Positions 54,517-63,814 of a DNA stretch of 64,000 bases are shown here, piece after piece. Source of the DNA: an uncultured Campylobacter sp. (GTDB taxonomy: Bacteria > Campylobacterota > Campylobacteria > Campylobacterales > Campylobacteraceae); NCBI GenBank assembly GCA_963529615.1, contig CAUSAC010000005.1:735-64734 (forward strand), written 5' to 3'. The notes under the pieces were generated by a model. That model was given only the letters and a program-made list of their open reading frames with translations, ran no database searches and was not told the origin of the DNA. The position numbers and the translations under genes were made by a program. Position 1 is the first letter of the stretch. Each line of letters opens with the position of its first letter.

Positions 54517-55923
54517 ATGGCAAAGACCAGAAAAGAACACGATTTCATCGGTGAATTAGAAATTTCCGACGATTTTTACTACGGTGTGCAAACATTTAGG
54601 GCACTAGAGAACTTCCATCTAAGCGGACGAGCGCTCAAAGACTATCCGTTTTTTATCAAAGCATTTGCACAAATCAAAAAAGCAGCTGCACTAGCCAATA
54701 AAGAGGTCGGAGTCCTAGACGTACAAAAAGCCGATGCGATCGCAAAAGCTTGCGACAGGCTCATCGCAGGAGAGTTCAGAGATCAATTCGTAGTCGATAT
54801 GATCCAAGGCGGCGCCGGAACTTCGACGAATATGAATACCAACGAGGTCATTACCAATATAGCTTTGGAGAGTATGGGACATAAAAAGGGCGAATACCAA
54901 TACCTCCATCCAAACGACCACACAAATTTGGGTCAAAGCACCAACGATACCTATCCTAGCTCGATCAAAGTCGCCGCTTACGCCAAGCTAACCGATCTAC
55001 TAAAAGCTATGGAAAATTTGAAAAAAGAGCTTGAAGTTAAAGCCAAAGAATACAAAGATGTCATCAAAATGGGAAGGACGGAGCTTGAAGACGCCGTTCC
55101 TACTACTCTTGGAAACACTTTCAATGCTTTTGCTACCTACATCAAAACCGATATCGCGCTTATCAAAGCCGCTAGAGAGTCGATGACTTACCTAAATATG
55201 GGCGCTACGGCGATTGGTACGGGCATCAACTGCCACCCTGATTACAAAAACGTAGTCGAGAAAAAGCTAGGCGAGATCACCGGCGTTAAATTTAAAGCCG
55301 CAGAGGACTTCATCGCCGCCACACAAGACACTGCGGACTTCGTCCACGTTAGCGGCGCGTTAAAAACAGCAGCCGTCCGCCTAAGCAAAATCGCAAACGA
55401 CCTACGTCTTATGAACTCCGGTCCTAGATGCGGACTAGGCGAAATCGAGCTTCCTAAGATGCAACCGGGCAGCTCCATCATGCCGGGCAAAGTAAACCCA
55501 GTCATCGCCGAGGTCGTAGGCGAGGCTTGCTATGAGGTAATCGGCAACGACGTTACGATTATGCTTTGCTCCGAGCGCGGAGAATTCGAGCTAAATGCAT
55601 TCGAGCCTGGCATCGCATATGCGCTATTTAACTCGATCGTGCTCTTGGAAAATGCGATGAATACACTAGCTGAAAAAGCTATCAAACATCTAAAGGCAAA
55701 TCCTGAAGCTTGCCTAAAATCGGTGCTAAATTCTGTCGGTATCGTTACGGCGTTTAATCCTTACATCGGCTACGAAAAATCCGCAAGTATCGCCAAAGAG
55801 GCACTTCAGACCGGAAAATCCGTCGGCGAAATCTGCTTAGAGCGCGGATATTTGAAAAAAGAGGAGATCGATAAGATCCTAGAGCCTAAATCTATGCTCA
55901 ACCCACATATGAGCAAAAAATAG
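54517..55923 (+). CDS. aspA: Aspartate ammonia-lyase
   Basis: 468 aa with the fumarate-lyase signature GSSIMPGKVNP and TNMNTNEV. Confidence 0.96.
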   Translation: MAKTRKEHDFIGELEISDDFYYGVQTFRALENFHLSGRALKDYPFFIKAFAQIKKAAALANKEVGVLDVQKADAIAKACDRLIAGEFRDQFVVDMIQGGAGTSTNMNTNEVITNIALESMGHKKGEYQYLHPNDHTNLGQSTNDTYPSSIKVAAYAKLTDLLKAMENLKKELEVKAKEYKDVIKMGRTELEDAVPTTLGNTFNAFATYIKTDIALIKAARESMTYLNMGATAIGTGINCHPDYKNVVEKKLGEITGVKFKAAEDFIAATQDTADFVHVSGALKTAAVRLSKIANDLRLMNSGPRCGLGEIELPKMQPGSSIMPGKVNPVIAEVVGEACYEVIGNDVTIMLCSERGEFELNAFEPGIAYALFNSIVLLENAMNTLAEKAIKHLKANPEACLKSVLNSVGIVTAFNPYIGYEKSASIAKEALQTGKSVGEICLERGYLKKEEIDKILEPKSMLNPHMSKK

Positions 55924-55941
55924 TTCCAAACTAGGTGCGGC

Positions 55942-55980
55942 GCGGAATTTCGTCGGTTAATTTAATAGGCGAAATTCCGC
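55942..55980 (+). other. Perfect 11-bp inverted repeat between aspA and dcuA
   Basis: GCGGAATTTCG-17 nt-CGAAATTCCGC, with no U-run. It may be an attenuator or an RNA-processing element. Confidence 0.35.
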
Positions 55981-56210
55981 AAAGTAGAATTCTAAATAGA
56001 TAAGATTGATCGTGCAGAATTCCGTAGATGCAGAATTTCATCAAGTTAGATTTAGCTTCCGTGGAGTAAAATTCCACTTGCGAAATTTTAGGATAAAATT
56101 CCGCATAGAATTCCGACCACTGAATTATAAAGATAATTCGGATTTTACCTGCTGAAATCTTTAGAATTCTGCGCGCCGTTAAAAAAAATTACTTTATAAG
56201 GAGTTTTGCA

Positions 56211-57554
56211 ATGGACTTTATGGTGATATTGCAATTTATCGTTTTGCTAGGCGGCATCTACCTAGGCGTTAAGCTAGGCGGCATGGGCGTCGGTTATGCA
56301 GGCGGTTTGGGCGTCGTTGTCCTAGCCATTTTGGGCATGAAGGTCGATATGAAGGATATTCCGATTGACGTTATCCTAATTATCGCATCGGTAATCTCCG
56401 CGATTACAGCGCTGCAAGTCGCAGGCGGACTTGATTATTTGGTGCAGGTAGCATCTAAAATTTTAAGGAAAAATCCTAAGCAGATCAACTTCCTAGCGCC
56501 TATCGTTACCTATCTACTTACGATACTTGCGGGCACCGGACATACTGCATTTTCTATGATCCCGGTTATCGTCGAGGTCGCAAAGACGCAGAACATCAAG
56601 CCTTCCGCTCCTCTTGCACTCTCAGTCGTTTCATCTCAGGTAGCGATCACTGCGAGCCCTATTTCGGCGGCGTTCGTCGCTATGAGCGGTCTGTGCGAGA
56701 AGCTAGGCGTTAGCTATCCTAAGCTTTTGTTTATCTGCATCTCTACTACCTTCGTAGCTATGATCATCACGGCTTTCATCGTAAATAAATTTTACGATCT
56801 CGATCTTTCAAAAGACCCTGTTTACAAAGAGAGACTTTCAAAAGGTCTTGTAGCCGAGATCAAAGCCGAGGAGTATAAAGAGCCGAAGCCTTACGCGAAA
56901 AGATCGGTTGCGATATTTGCCGTCGGTGTTTTGATCGTCGTTTGCTATGCGCTTGCGATCTCAAAGAGCGTCGGCTTGGTAGAAAAACCGATCCTTTCAA
57001 GAGATAGCGCGATCATCAGCTTTATGCTAACTATCGGCTTTCTTATCGCTGTTTTGTGCAAGATCGATACGGGCAAACTGCTCTCTACCAGCACTTTCCA
57101 AAGCGGTATGAATGCGTGCATCTGCGTCATCGGTATCGCATGGCTCGGTACTACTTTCGTAAACGGTCACATCGACAGTATCAAAGAGGTAGCTAAAAAC
57201 GTCGTTACGCAGTATCCTTTCGTACTAGCCGTCGCGCTATATTTCCTAAGCTGCTTGCTATACTCGCAGGCTGCGACTACAAAGGTTATGATGCCTGCCG
57301 TTGCCGCTGCGCTTGGAATGACTAGCCCTGAAAATTCCGGTCAAATTTGGATCTTGGTCGCATCGTTCGCAGCCGTTTCGGGCTTGTTCGTGCTCCCTAC
57401 CTATCCTACGACGCTCGGCGCGATCGCCATGGACGATACCGGAACGACTAGAGTCGGTAAATTTGTATTTAACCACTCGTTTTTCCTTCCGGGAACCATT
57501 ATGGTTGCGCTTTCGGTTGCTCTAGGATTTTTAGTAGCTCCTGCGCTAATCTAA
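56211..57554 (+). CDS. dcuA: Anaerobic C4-dicarboxylate transporter, Dcu family
   Basis: 447 aa and polytopic. It follows aspA as in C. jejuni (aspA-dcuA). Confidence 0.92.
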   Translation: MDFMVILQFIVLLGGIYLGVKLGGMGVGYAGGLGVVVLAILGMKVDMKDIPIDVILIIASVISAITALQVAGGLDYLVQVASKILRKNPKQINFLAPIVTYLLTILAGTGHTAFSMIPVIVEVAKTQNIKPSAPLALSVVSSQVAITASPISAAFVAMSGLCEKLGVSYPKLLFICISTTFVAMIITAFIVNKFYDLDLSKDPVYKERLSKGLVAEIKAEEYKEPKPYAKRSVAIFAVGVLIVVCYALAISKSVGLVEKPILSRDSAIISFMLTIGFLIAVLCKIDTGKLLSTSTFQSGMNACICVIGIAWLGTTFVNGHIDSIKEVAKNVVTQYPFVLAVALYFLSCLLYSQAATTKVMMPAVAAALGMTSPENSGQIWILVASFAAVSGLFVLPTYPTTLGAIAMDDTGTTRVGKFVFNHSFFLPGTIMVALSVALGFLVAPALI

Positions 57555-57574
57555 GATTAGTATTCCTTTCATTT

Positions 57575-57600
57575 GCGCCGAATTTTTCGGCGCATTTTTT
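57575..57600 (+). terminator. Rho-independent terminator after dcuA
   Basis: GCGCCGAA-ttt-TTCGGCGC (perfect 8-bp stem) followed by ATTTTTT. Confidence 0.85.
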
Positions 57601-57837
57601 ATCCCATTTAAAATTTTTAATACAATTTAATAGATAAAATTCTATCGATTTTGGGGCCTGCCCGTATTTGCTTATAAATTTAACTTCTAATCGCATGCAA
57701 AAACTACAAGCCTGCCAGTAGTATTTGAGTGGAAGTAAAATTTTATTTGAAATTTCATATCCATATTATGATAGATGATAAATCAAAATTTCAGCCAAAA
57801 AACATATAATGTAAGAAATTTCAAACAAGGAGAAAAT

Positions 57838-58365
57838 ATGAAAAACCTAATCATCATCGCTCATCCCGATATGGCAAGCTCGCACGCAAATAAGGCGTGG
57901 CGCGAGGTAGCCAAAAAGCAAGCGGATAAATTTGATATTCACGAAATTTACGCTACTTATCCGAACGGCAAAATCGATGTTGCGCGCGAGCAGGAGTTAC
58001 TTTTAAGCCACGATAAAATTATCATTCAGTTTCCACTTTATTGGTACAGCTATCCGCCGCTTTTAAAGCAATGGTTCGACGATGTATTCGCCTACGGCTG
58101 GGCTTACGGCAGCACCGGCGGCAAGCTGAAAGGTAAAGAATTTTCCCTAGCGATCACTATCGGCGATGAGCAAAACAACTATAAAAAAGACGGCACGATC
58201 GGATTTGGCATAGAAGAAGTTATCGCGCCTTTTAAATGCGCGATGAATTTTACGGGTGCTAAACTGCTGCCATGCCACTTTGGCTATGGATTTTCATTTC
58301 ATCCAGATAGCGAATATATCGCAAAAAGTGCAGAAAAATACAAAGAATTTTTAGCAAAATTTTAA
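57838..58365 (+). CDS. Flavodoxin-like-fold NAD(P)H oxidoreductase (KefF/KefG / general-stress-14-like)
   Basis: ATG at 57838 behind AAGGAG. MKNLIIIAHPD...IIQFPLYWYSYPPLLKQWFDDVF is typical of the Flavodoxin_2 family. Confidence 0.8.
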   Translation: MKNLIIIAHPDMASSHANKAWREVAKKQADKFDIHEIYATYPNGKIDVAREQELLLSHDKIIIQFPLYWYSYPPLLKQWFDDVFAYGWAYGSTGGKLKGKEFSLAITIGDEQNNYKKDGTIGFGIEEVIAPFKCAMNFTGAKLLPCHFGYGFSFHPDSEYIAKSAEKYKEFLAKF

Positions 58366-58418
58366 AATTTACAAAGGCAAAATCGCTTTTTAGTCGCAAA
58401 TTTTATTTTAAAAAGTGA

Positions 58419-58443
58419 CGGATGAAAATCATCTTTTCATCCG
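58419..58443. terminator. Hairpin after the flavodoxin-like gene; T-run only on the minus strand
   Basis: CGGATGAAAA-tcatc-TTTTCATCCG, a perfect 10-bp stem. On the minus strand it is followed by TCACTTTTTAAAATAAAATTT. Confidence 0.45.
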
Positions 58444-59843
58444 CACTACTCGATACGCTTCCTGCATCGCTATTTTTGCGTTGCACACACAGCTTACTGA
58501 CGTAATCCCACGCCCTTTTGATTGTAAATTTTACTCCACCTCCCTAATGGCGCAAAATTTACGTTAAAATTTATACGAAATTGCCGTATGAAGTATGCTT
58601 TAGTGCAGCCATATAAAAATCAGTGAGCATAAAATTTTACCTAAAAATTTGCACCCGCTCGCAATAACACTCGTCTTAAATTTCCACAAGACGTTAAAAA
58701 AACTATGCATATCCGCCACAGCACTCAGCTCAAACTCTCCGCTAAATTCATAAAACGCTGCGAACTACGTGCTTACCGCTACTGAGCTTGTATATGCTGT
58801 CTATGCGCCCACCAAGCTCATCCTCATTAATGCTAAAACAGCATTAATCATATTGCTAGAAAGCGTGTCAGCTGGCAGGTATCAAGGAGAGTTACTGCGA
58901 AAGCGGTGCAAAATACGATGCCTCCGCGCCAAGCTGCTTAGCGCTTGCTGCTCTGCGCGCGCAAACCCAAGATCCAAAAAGAGATTTAAAGTAAAGTAGC
59001 GCCTGCCACCCTACGCGCGTGCAAACAGCTCAAAGCTGCCAAAAAGTTTGCGCTCACTTCGCCACTGAGCGCAATTTACCTATTGCACAGTTATTAATGC
59101 TTTCAGATTTCAACCTGTTTGCTTTTACTTTTCGTCTTTTAAATGCCTGCGCGCAGCTAGCTGCAAAGACGTATTCGCTGGATACGCCTTGTAGCTTGCC
59201 CCCCATACCCTAGATAAAAATCCGCCGTAATTTATGTAGATATTTGACAGCAGGATCGTTTGGATACGATCTTTCTTTTATATGAAGCCTAAAGCGCTAC
59301 GCCAATACAGATACTCGCACCATTTTTTTTGCTCTGCGCGCGCTGCCTGCGTCGCTGCGGTCACAATTTTTCTGATACTACATTTAAAGACAACCTATCG
59401 CAAAACTACCGAAAAGCTTTTAACCTTGTTTTTTCTGCTTTAGAATTTAGTCTCAATCAGTTCTTTGCTAATAAACCTACAGAATTTCCATGCTTTGATA
59501 TAACCCATCCACGCGGAATTTAGCTAAATTTATTTGGATTCTTAAAAACGTGCCAACTTTTCTATCGCGTCTTATTTCGAATCGCAGCAAAATTCTACCG
59601 CCACACTGCAAAGAGTTAAATTCTATCGAGCAGATTTATTAAAAATTTTAAGAGTAGCAAAAGCAGTAATAGATGATTAATGCTTTTCCAAATGGATACC
59701 GCTACCATTAAAATTTTAATCAAAAGATATCCATTAAATTTACGCTCTTTAAATTAGCCAGCAAAAGCTTAATTTTCACAAGGTTTCCTGTGAAAGCAAA
59801 CCCCGCAATACTTCATTAAGCAGCGCAAAAGCCGCTTTAAATT

Positions 59844-60527
59844 TTATCCGGCAACGCGATTTACCCAGATCAAAAACTCATCGCTCGGGTTCTCGTCGTC
59901 CAAATGCGCGGGCGTGACGAGCTCAAGCGCAGTTTGCGGGATCGTCGTTTTAAACGCGTCCTTGAGCCACTGCTGAAATTCTACGTTTGGATGCACGAAA
60001 AAATCGTCCTCCTCGCTATTTGGCGGCGCGTTAAAATCCTCATCCCAGCAGATCTCATCGTAACCGATCGCGAGCAATCGCAAAAAATCAAGCCCGCTAT
60101 GAGCCAAAACGCAGGTCATGGTCGAGCCCGAGCCGGAGCCCATGTGCACGATCTTCGTCTCGCCCGCATCGTCCAGCCACAGCGCACACATCGAGCCCTC
60201 CGAGCCGCTGCCTGCGAACACGCAAAGCCGCTGCTTGATCTCCGCGGCAAGCTCGCGATCCTCGCCGTAAAACCAATACCTTAGCTCCTCGTCGCGATTT
60301 TTCGGCTCATCCGTGAAAAAGACGATGTCCGTGCCGCCCTCGCGCTCATCATCGCTCCAACTCTGCCGCAGCCGATCCTGCGGGTAGAGATAGCCGCGTC
60401 TGCGCCCGCCCGCGTCGTCATAAAAGCCGTTTGCTTCGATCCACGCATAAAGCGTCTCAAGTTCGCTCGGCACGCGCATGCCCTGCGGTAGCGCCTCGCG
60501 CAACTGCGCTAACAATGAATTTTCCAC
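59844..60527 (-). CDS. Hypothetical acidic protein, tentatively SMI1/KNR4 (SUKH)-like
   Basis: 227 aa and D/E/W-rich. The N-terminal LPQGMRVPSELETLYAWIEANGF resembles the SMI1/KNR4 N-terminal pattern. The gene looks noticeably GC-rich relative to its flanks. The assignment is weak. Confidence 0.4.
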   Translation of the reverse strand: MENSLLAQLREALPQGMRVPSELETLYAWIEANGFYDDAGGRRRGYLYPQDRLRQSWSDDEREGGTDIVFFTDEPKNRDEELRYWFYGEDRELAAEIKQRLCVFAGSGSEGSMCALWLDDAGETKIVHMGSGSGSTMTCVLAHSGLDFLRLLAIGYDEICWDEDFNAPPNSEEDDFFVHPNVEFQQWLKDAFKTTIPQTALELVTPAHLDDENPSDEFLIWVNRVAG

Positions 60528-61067
60528 GATCGCTCCTTTTGCTAAATTTGCCGATCGAATTTTACTGCGTTTCGGCTAAATTTACGGATATTTTGTCAGA
60601 TATTTGCGACGTTTTACGCGCCCCGTCGCCGCAAGCGCAAATCGGACTTTTAAAATTTAGCCGATTTGCGATACGCACGCGGCGGTGTGAGCGCATATTT
60701 GAAAAAAGGTATGAGAATTTTTAGTAGAAAAATGCGTAAAATTTTACGACTTAAATTTTACTATTTTAAGGCCTCTTTGCTTCTTTGTAGAAATTTACGG
60801 TTTTAAATTTAGCTCGTCGCAAAGAGTAAAATTTTAGCAATATCTATAAATTTAAAATTTCCCACGCCTTTTGTTTGCGCGCCTCAAATTTTTGCTCAAA
60901 TTCCGCGCGCCTTTGCAGCTCGTTTTTTGCCTCTATTTTGGTGTATCCCGAGCCTCGCCCCAGAAAATATATATAGCTCGTATTCTAAAATTTCGTTATA
61001 AACGGCACTTTGTCATTATTAAATTTACAAATTTTGACGTCGTCTGATCGGACGAGCGAAATTTCGT
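60528..61067. repeat. RAATTY-word-rich spacer
   Basis: It uses the same vocabulary: GCTAAATTT, AAAATTTAGCC, TAAATTTAAAATTTC. Confidence 0.7.
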
Positions 61068-61754
61068 CTAAATTCCAAGCTCGGCTCTTACGAGCGCTTC
61101 GTTTTGCGGCGTCAAAAAGCCCGCGATATCCTGCCACATCGAGTGAAAGCCGTATCCGCCGTCTATCATCTCGCTGCGCGCGGCGTCCAGGCTCCAGCCC
61201 TGATAGATCACGCGGTACATCGCCACCACAAGCCCCGTGCGATCGGCTCCGTGATAGCAGTGCACGAGCACGGCGCCCTCCTTTTGGCGCTCACGAATGG
61301 TGCGCAAAATCTCCGCGATCTGCGCGGGCTTTATATCCCAGCTTTGAAGCGGCTTGTTTGCGAGCCAAAATTGATCCCCAAACGCCCTTCTATCGCCGCC
61401 TCTGCTGAAATGGCGCAGATTTACGATACTTTTGATGCCTAGCTCGTGTAGCTTCGCGGCGTCGCTTCCGTCAAGCTGAGCGCTGCGAAATAGCAGCTCG
61501 TCCACGCGGTAGAAATTTTTCGCTTCGTCGACGAGGATCGCTTTTTGCGATGAGTTTGGGGTTGCGCTGCGCGCCGCAGTATCTGTGCTCTTAAATCGCG
61601 CGTCTTTAAATTTGGCGTTTTTTGTGTTCGCGAGATTTAGCTTCGCGCCGCTCGTTGTTTTGGAATTTATAGAATTCGCTTCTATCGCGAGCTCTGCATT
61701 TACGCCGGTCGCAAAGCAAAATACAGCCGCCAGCGCAAGGGGTTTAAATTTCAA
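61068..61754 (-). CDS. Secreted protein-tyrosine/dual-specificity-phosphatase-like protein
   Basis: 228 aa with the signal peptide MKFKPLALAAVFCFATGVNA, the PTP loop VLVHCYHGADRTG (HCX5R) and an upstream GIKSIVNLR block. Confidence 0.8.
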   Translation of the reverse strand: MKFKPLALAAVFCFATGVNAELAIEANSINSKTTSGAKLNLANTKNAKFKDARFKSTDTAARSATPNSSQKAILVDEAKNFYRVDELLFRSAQLDGSDAAKLHELGIKSIVNLRHFSRGGDRRAFGDQFWLANKPLQSWDIKPAQIAEILRTIRERQKEGAVLVHCYHGADRTGLVVAMYRVIYQGWSLDAARSEMIDGGYGFHSMWQDIAGFLTPQNEALVRAELGI

Positions 61755-62170
61755 ATTTCATCCTTTAAATTTGGCTAAATTTTATGATTTTTGTAAAATT
61801 TAACGCCAGACGGGTCAAATGCAAAATAGCAAGCGCGCCTTAATTTAACGCAAAATTTGAGCGTCAAATCCACCAAAATCGCCATTAAATTTTGCCGAGA
61901 GCCAGCAAGCTGCGCCGTTAAAATCAAAATTTCGTTTTAAATTTCCCCGTTCCCGCCCTCGGTATCGCTAGATCAGCATTAGGTAGTTACATTGCGTAGT
62001 CACATTGCCCCTGTAAATTTACTGAAAATAAATCGTAAAAGGGGTGCGCCATTTCCGCGAGCGCTAGAGTTCCGTTGTAGGGAAGGTTTTTATGCTCGCC
62101 TCTTGCGATACTTACCCGAAATTTTATTTTTCGCGAAATCCTTTCAAATTTCGCCGCCAAATTTGACGCT

Positions 62171-62626
62171 TTAATCGATCAGATCGGTCTGCCAGTTCGC
62201 GCCTTGCAGCGTCGTATCAAGCTGTCTGATCTGCCTAGCTAGTTCGTCCACCTGCTTTTGCAGCGCCGCGACATTGACCGTGCTTAGGATTTTAATCTCG
62301 CTGCGCGAATAAACGTCCGCCTTTTGCGCGGCGACTTGCGCGAATGTTCGCAGCGCGCCCGCTTTTAACGTGAGTACGTCGCGCTTGGCGATCAGCTCGG
62401 TTAGGCTCTTGCCGTCTGTCTTTGCGGTGCAGTTGGTTAAATTTATCCGAACGATTAGCCGCTCAAGCTCGCCGCTTAGCGCGTCTAGCTCGGCTAGCAG
62501 CGCATTAGGCTCCTCGCTGGGCCTCTCGCCCTCTTGCACCTTTGCATTGTACGCGAGCCTTGATTTTAGCTGCTCGATGCGTTTTTGTATGTCGGCGCGC
62601 AGTATCAGCGCCTCGGCTAGTTTCAT
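62171..62626 (-). CDS. DIP1984-family (septicolysin-like) helical protein
   Basis: 151 aa. MKLAEALILRADIQKRIEQLKSRL...NWQTDL matches the family pattern as I recall it. Confidence 0.65.
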   Translation of the reverse strand: MKLAEALILRADIQKRIEQLKSRLAYNAKVQEGERPSEEPNALLAELDALSGELERLIVRINLTNCTAKTDGKSLTELIAKRDVLTLKAGALRTFAQVAAQKADVYSRSEIKILSTVNVAALQKQVDELARQIRQLDTTLQGANWQTDLID

Positions 62627-62645
62627 TTTCGTCCTTTTTTAAAAT

Positions 62646-63326
62646 TTATTTGCCGCCGCCAAGTTGTCGATCTTGTCCGTAGTGCGGCGAATACGGGCCG
62701 TAGAGCAAGCATTTGTTGCAGTTTTGGCCCAGCAGCATCGCATCTGCGCTCGCAGAGAGCTTGTATCCCGCGTCGGAGACGGTATCGCCGATCTGTTTGA
62801 TAACCGCGGAGATCAGCATGCCTACAAGATCGCTACTGCCTCTGCTTGAGTCGTCGCTTACCTGCGCCGAGCCCTCCCAGAGCGTTGCGCCGCTTCGCAG
62901 ATCCACGAGCTTGGCATTGACCGCCACGACGCTTACGCTATTTAGCAGCATATACGAAGTGCCGTATTTGACGACATCCATGTATAGCACGGCGTCCGCG
63001 CCGAAAATCTGTCTTAGCTTGTGCGCGGAGATGTTTTGGATCTCGCTTGCCTCGTAAATTCCGTTATTTTTGAAGGTCTCATGCACGAGCGCGGGCGAAA
63101 ATACATAATATCCCGCCTCGCTAAGCGGATAGATCGCATGAGTAAGCACGGCAGCGCCTGCGTCTACTTCGGTAGTTTCGTTGCTCGGCATCAACACCAA
63201 AATCGATCGCGGCTTAGCCTGCTGAAGCGCCGAGTAGTCGTAAATTTCAGGCTGCGAGCTTGCGCACGCGCTAAAAAACAGCGCCACGAATACGCTAAAA
63301 ATCGCTATTTGAGCTTTATTTTTCAT
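62646..63326 (-). CDS. DUF799 (GNA1162-like) lipoprotein
   Basis: 226 aa with the lipobox FFSAC. Family blocks are present: ILVLMPSNETTEVDA..., YYVFSP, and ADAVLYMDV followed by KYGTSY. Confidence 0.72.
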   Translation of the reverse strand: MKNKAQIAIFSVFVALFFSACASSQPEIYDYSALQQAKPRSILVLMPSNETTEVDAGAAVLTHAIYPLSEAGYYVFSPALVHETFKNNGIYEASEIQNISAHKLRQIFGADAVLYMDVVKYGTSYMLLNSVSVVAVNAKLVDLRSGATLWEGSAQVSDDSSRGSSDLVGMLISAVIKQIGDTVSDAGYKLSASADAMLLGQNCNKCLLYGPYSPHYGQDRQLGGGK

Positions 63327-63805
63327 TTTTTAGCCTTTTTATTCGTTTTACCGCCCTGCTTTGCGGCAGCTTTGCCTTGCTTTGCAGAGGCTGCTTTAGC
63401 GGCTTCGCGTTCGCTTGTAGCTTTCGTTTCATCAGACTTAGCCTCTGCTTTTTTAAGCGCGGCTGGGTTTGTAACGAAGGTCAAAAACGGCTTTGATTCA
63501 GGGAAGGCCTGAGCTTCTTTCTCGAAATTCTCCCTCGCCCTCGCGCCGTTGCCCGCGTTTAGATATAAAAGCCCCAGATGCGAATAAAGCCCCGGCGGGA
63601 CCTTACGCCCCTTTTCGTATGCCTTTTGGATAGATTTTTCAAGCGCTTCGATCTGTTCGCCTACGTCGCCTTCCTGCTTAAGATACTGATAGGTCGAGTC
63701 CGTGTAGCTGCCGTCCCAGTAATAAATTCGATCTCGGCTCCCGCCGCCGCAGCCGCAAAAGATCACGGCCGCAGCAGCAAGCGCAAGAGCGCCACTTGCT
63801 TTCAA
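63323..63805 (-). CDS. DUF4810 lipoprotein with a Lys/Ala-rich C-terminal tail
   Basis: 160 aa with the lipobox-like FCGC, YYWDGSY, PPGLYSHLGLLYLNAGN and FEKEAQAFPES. The tail reads KKAEAKSDETKATSEREAAKAASAKQGKAAAKQGGKTNKKAKK. Confidence 0.68.
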   Translation of the reverse strand: MKASGALALAAAAVIFCGCGGGSRDRIYYWDGSYTDSTYQYLKQEGDVGEQIEALEKSIQKAYEKGRKVPPGLYSHLGLLYLNAGNGARARENFEKEAQAFPESKPFLTFVTNPAALKKAEAKSDETKATSEREAAKAASAKQGKAAAKQGGKTNKKAKK

Positions 63806-63814
63806 ATTTTATCC

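Noticed and set aside
58769-59523. Three plus-strand ORFs of 64-76 aa in the 1.5-kb gap
   Set aside because: Their composition is implausible (Cys/Arg/Leu-rich). One starts at GTG and two at TTG, none has an RBS, and they show no periodic codon bias by eye. I treat the region as non-coding or decayed.
60847-60984. A 46-codon open frame on the minus strand with a helical-looking translation (YTKIEAKNELQRRAEFEQKFEARKQKAWEILNL)
   Set aside because: There is no ATG, GTG or TTG start and no RBS. It may be a gene remnant, but it cannot be supported as a feature.
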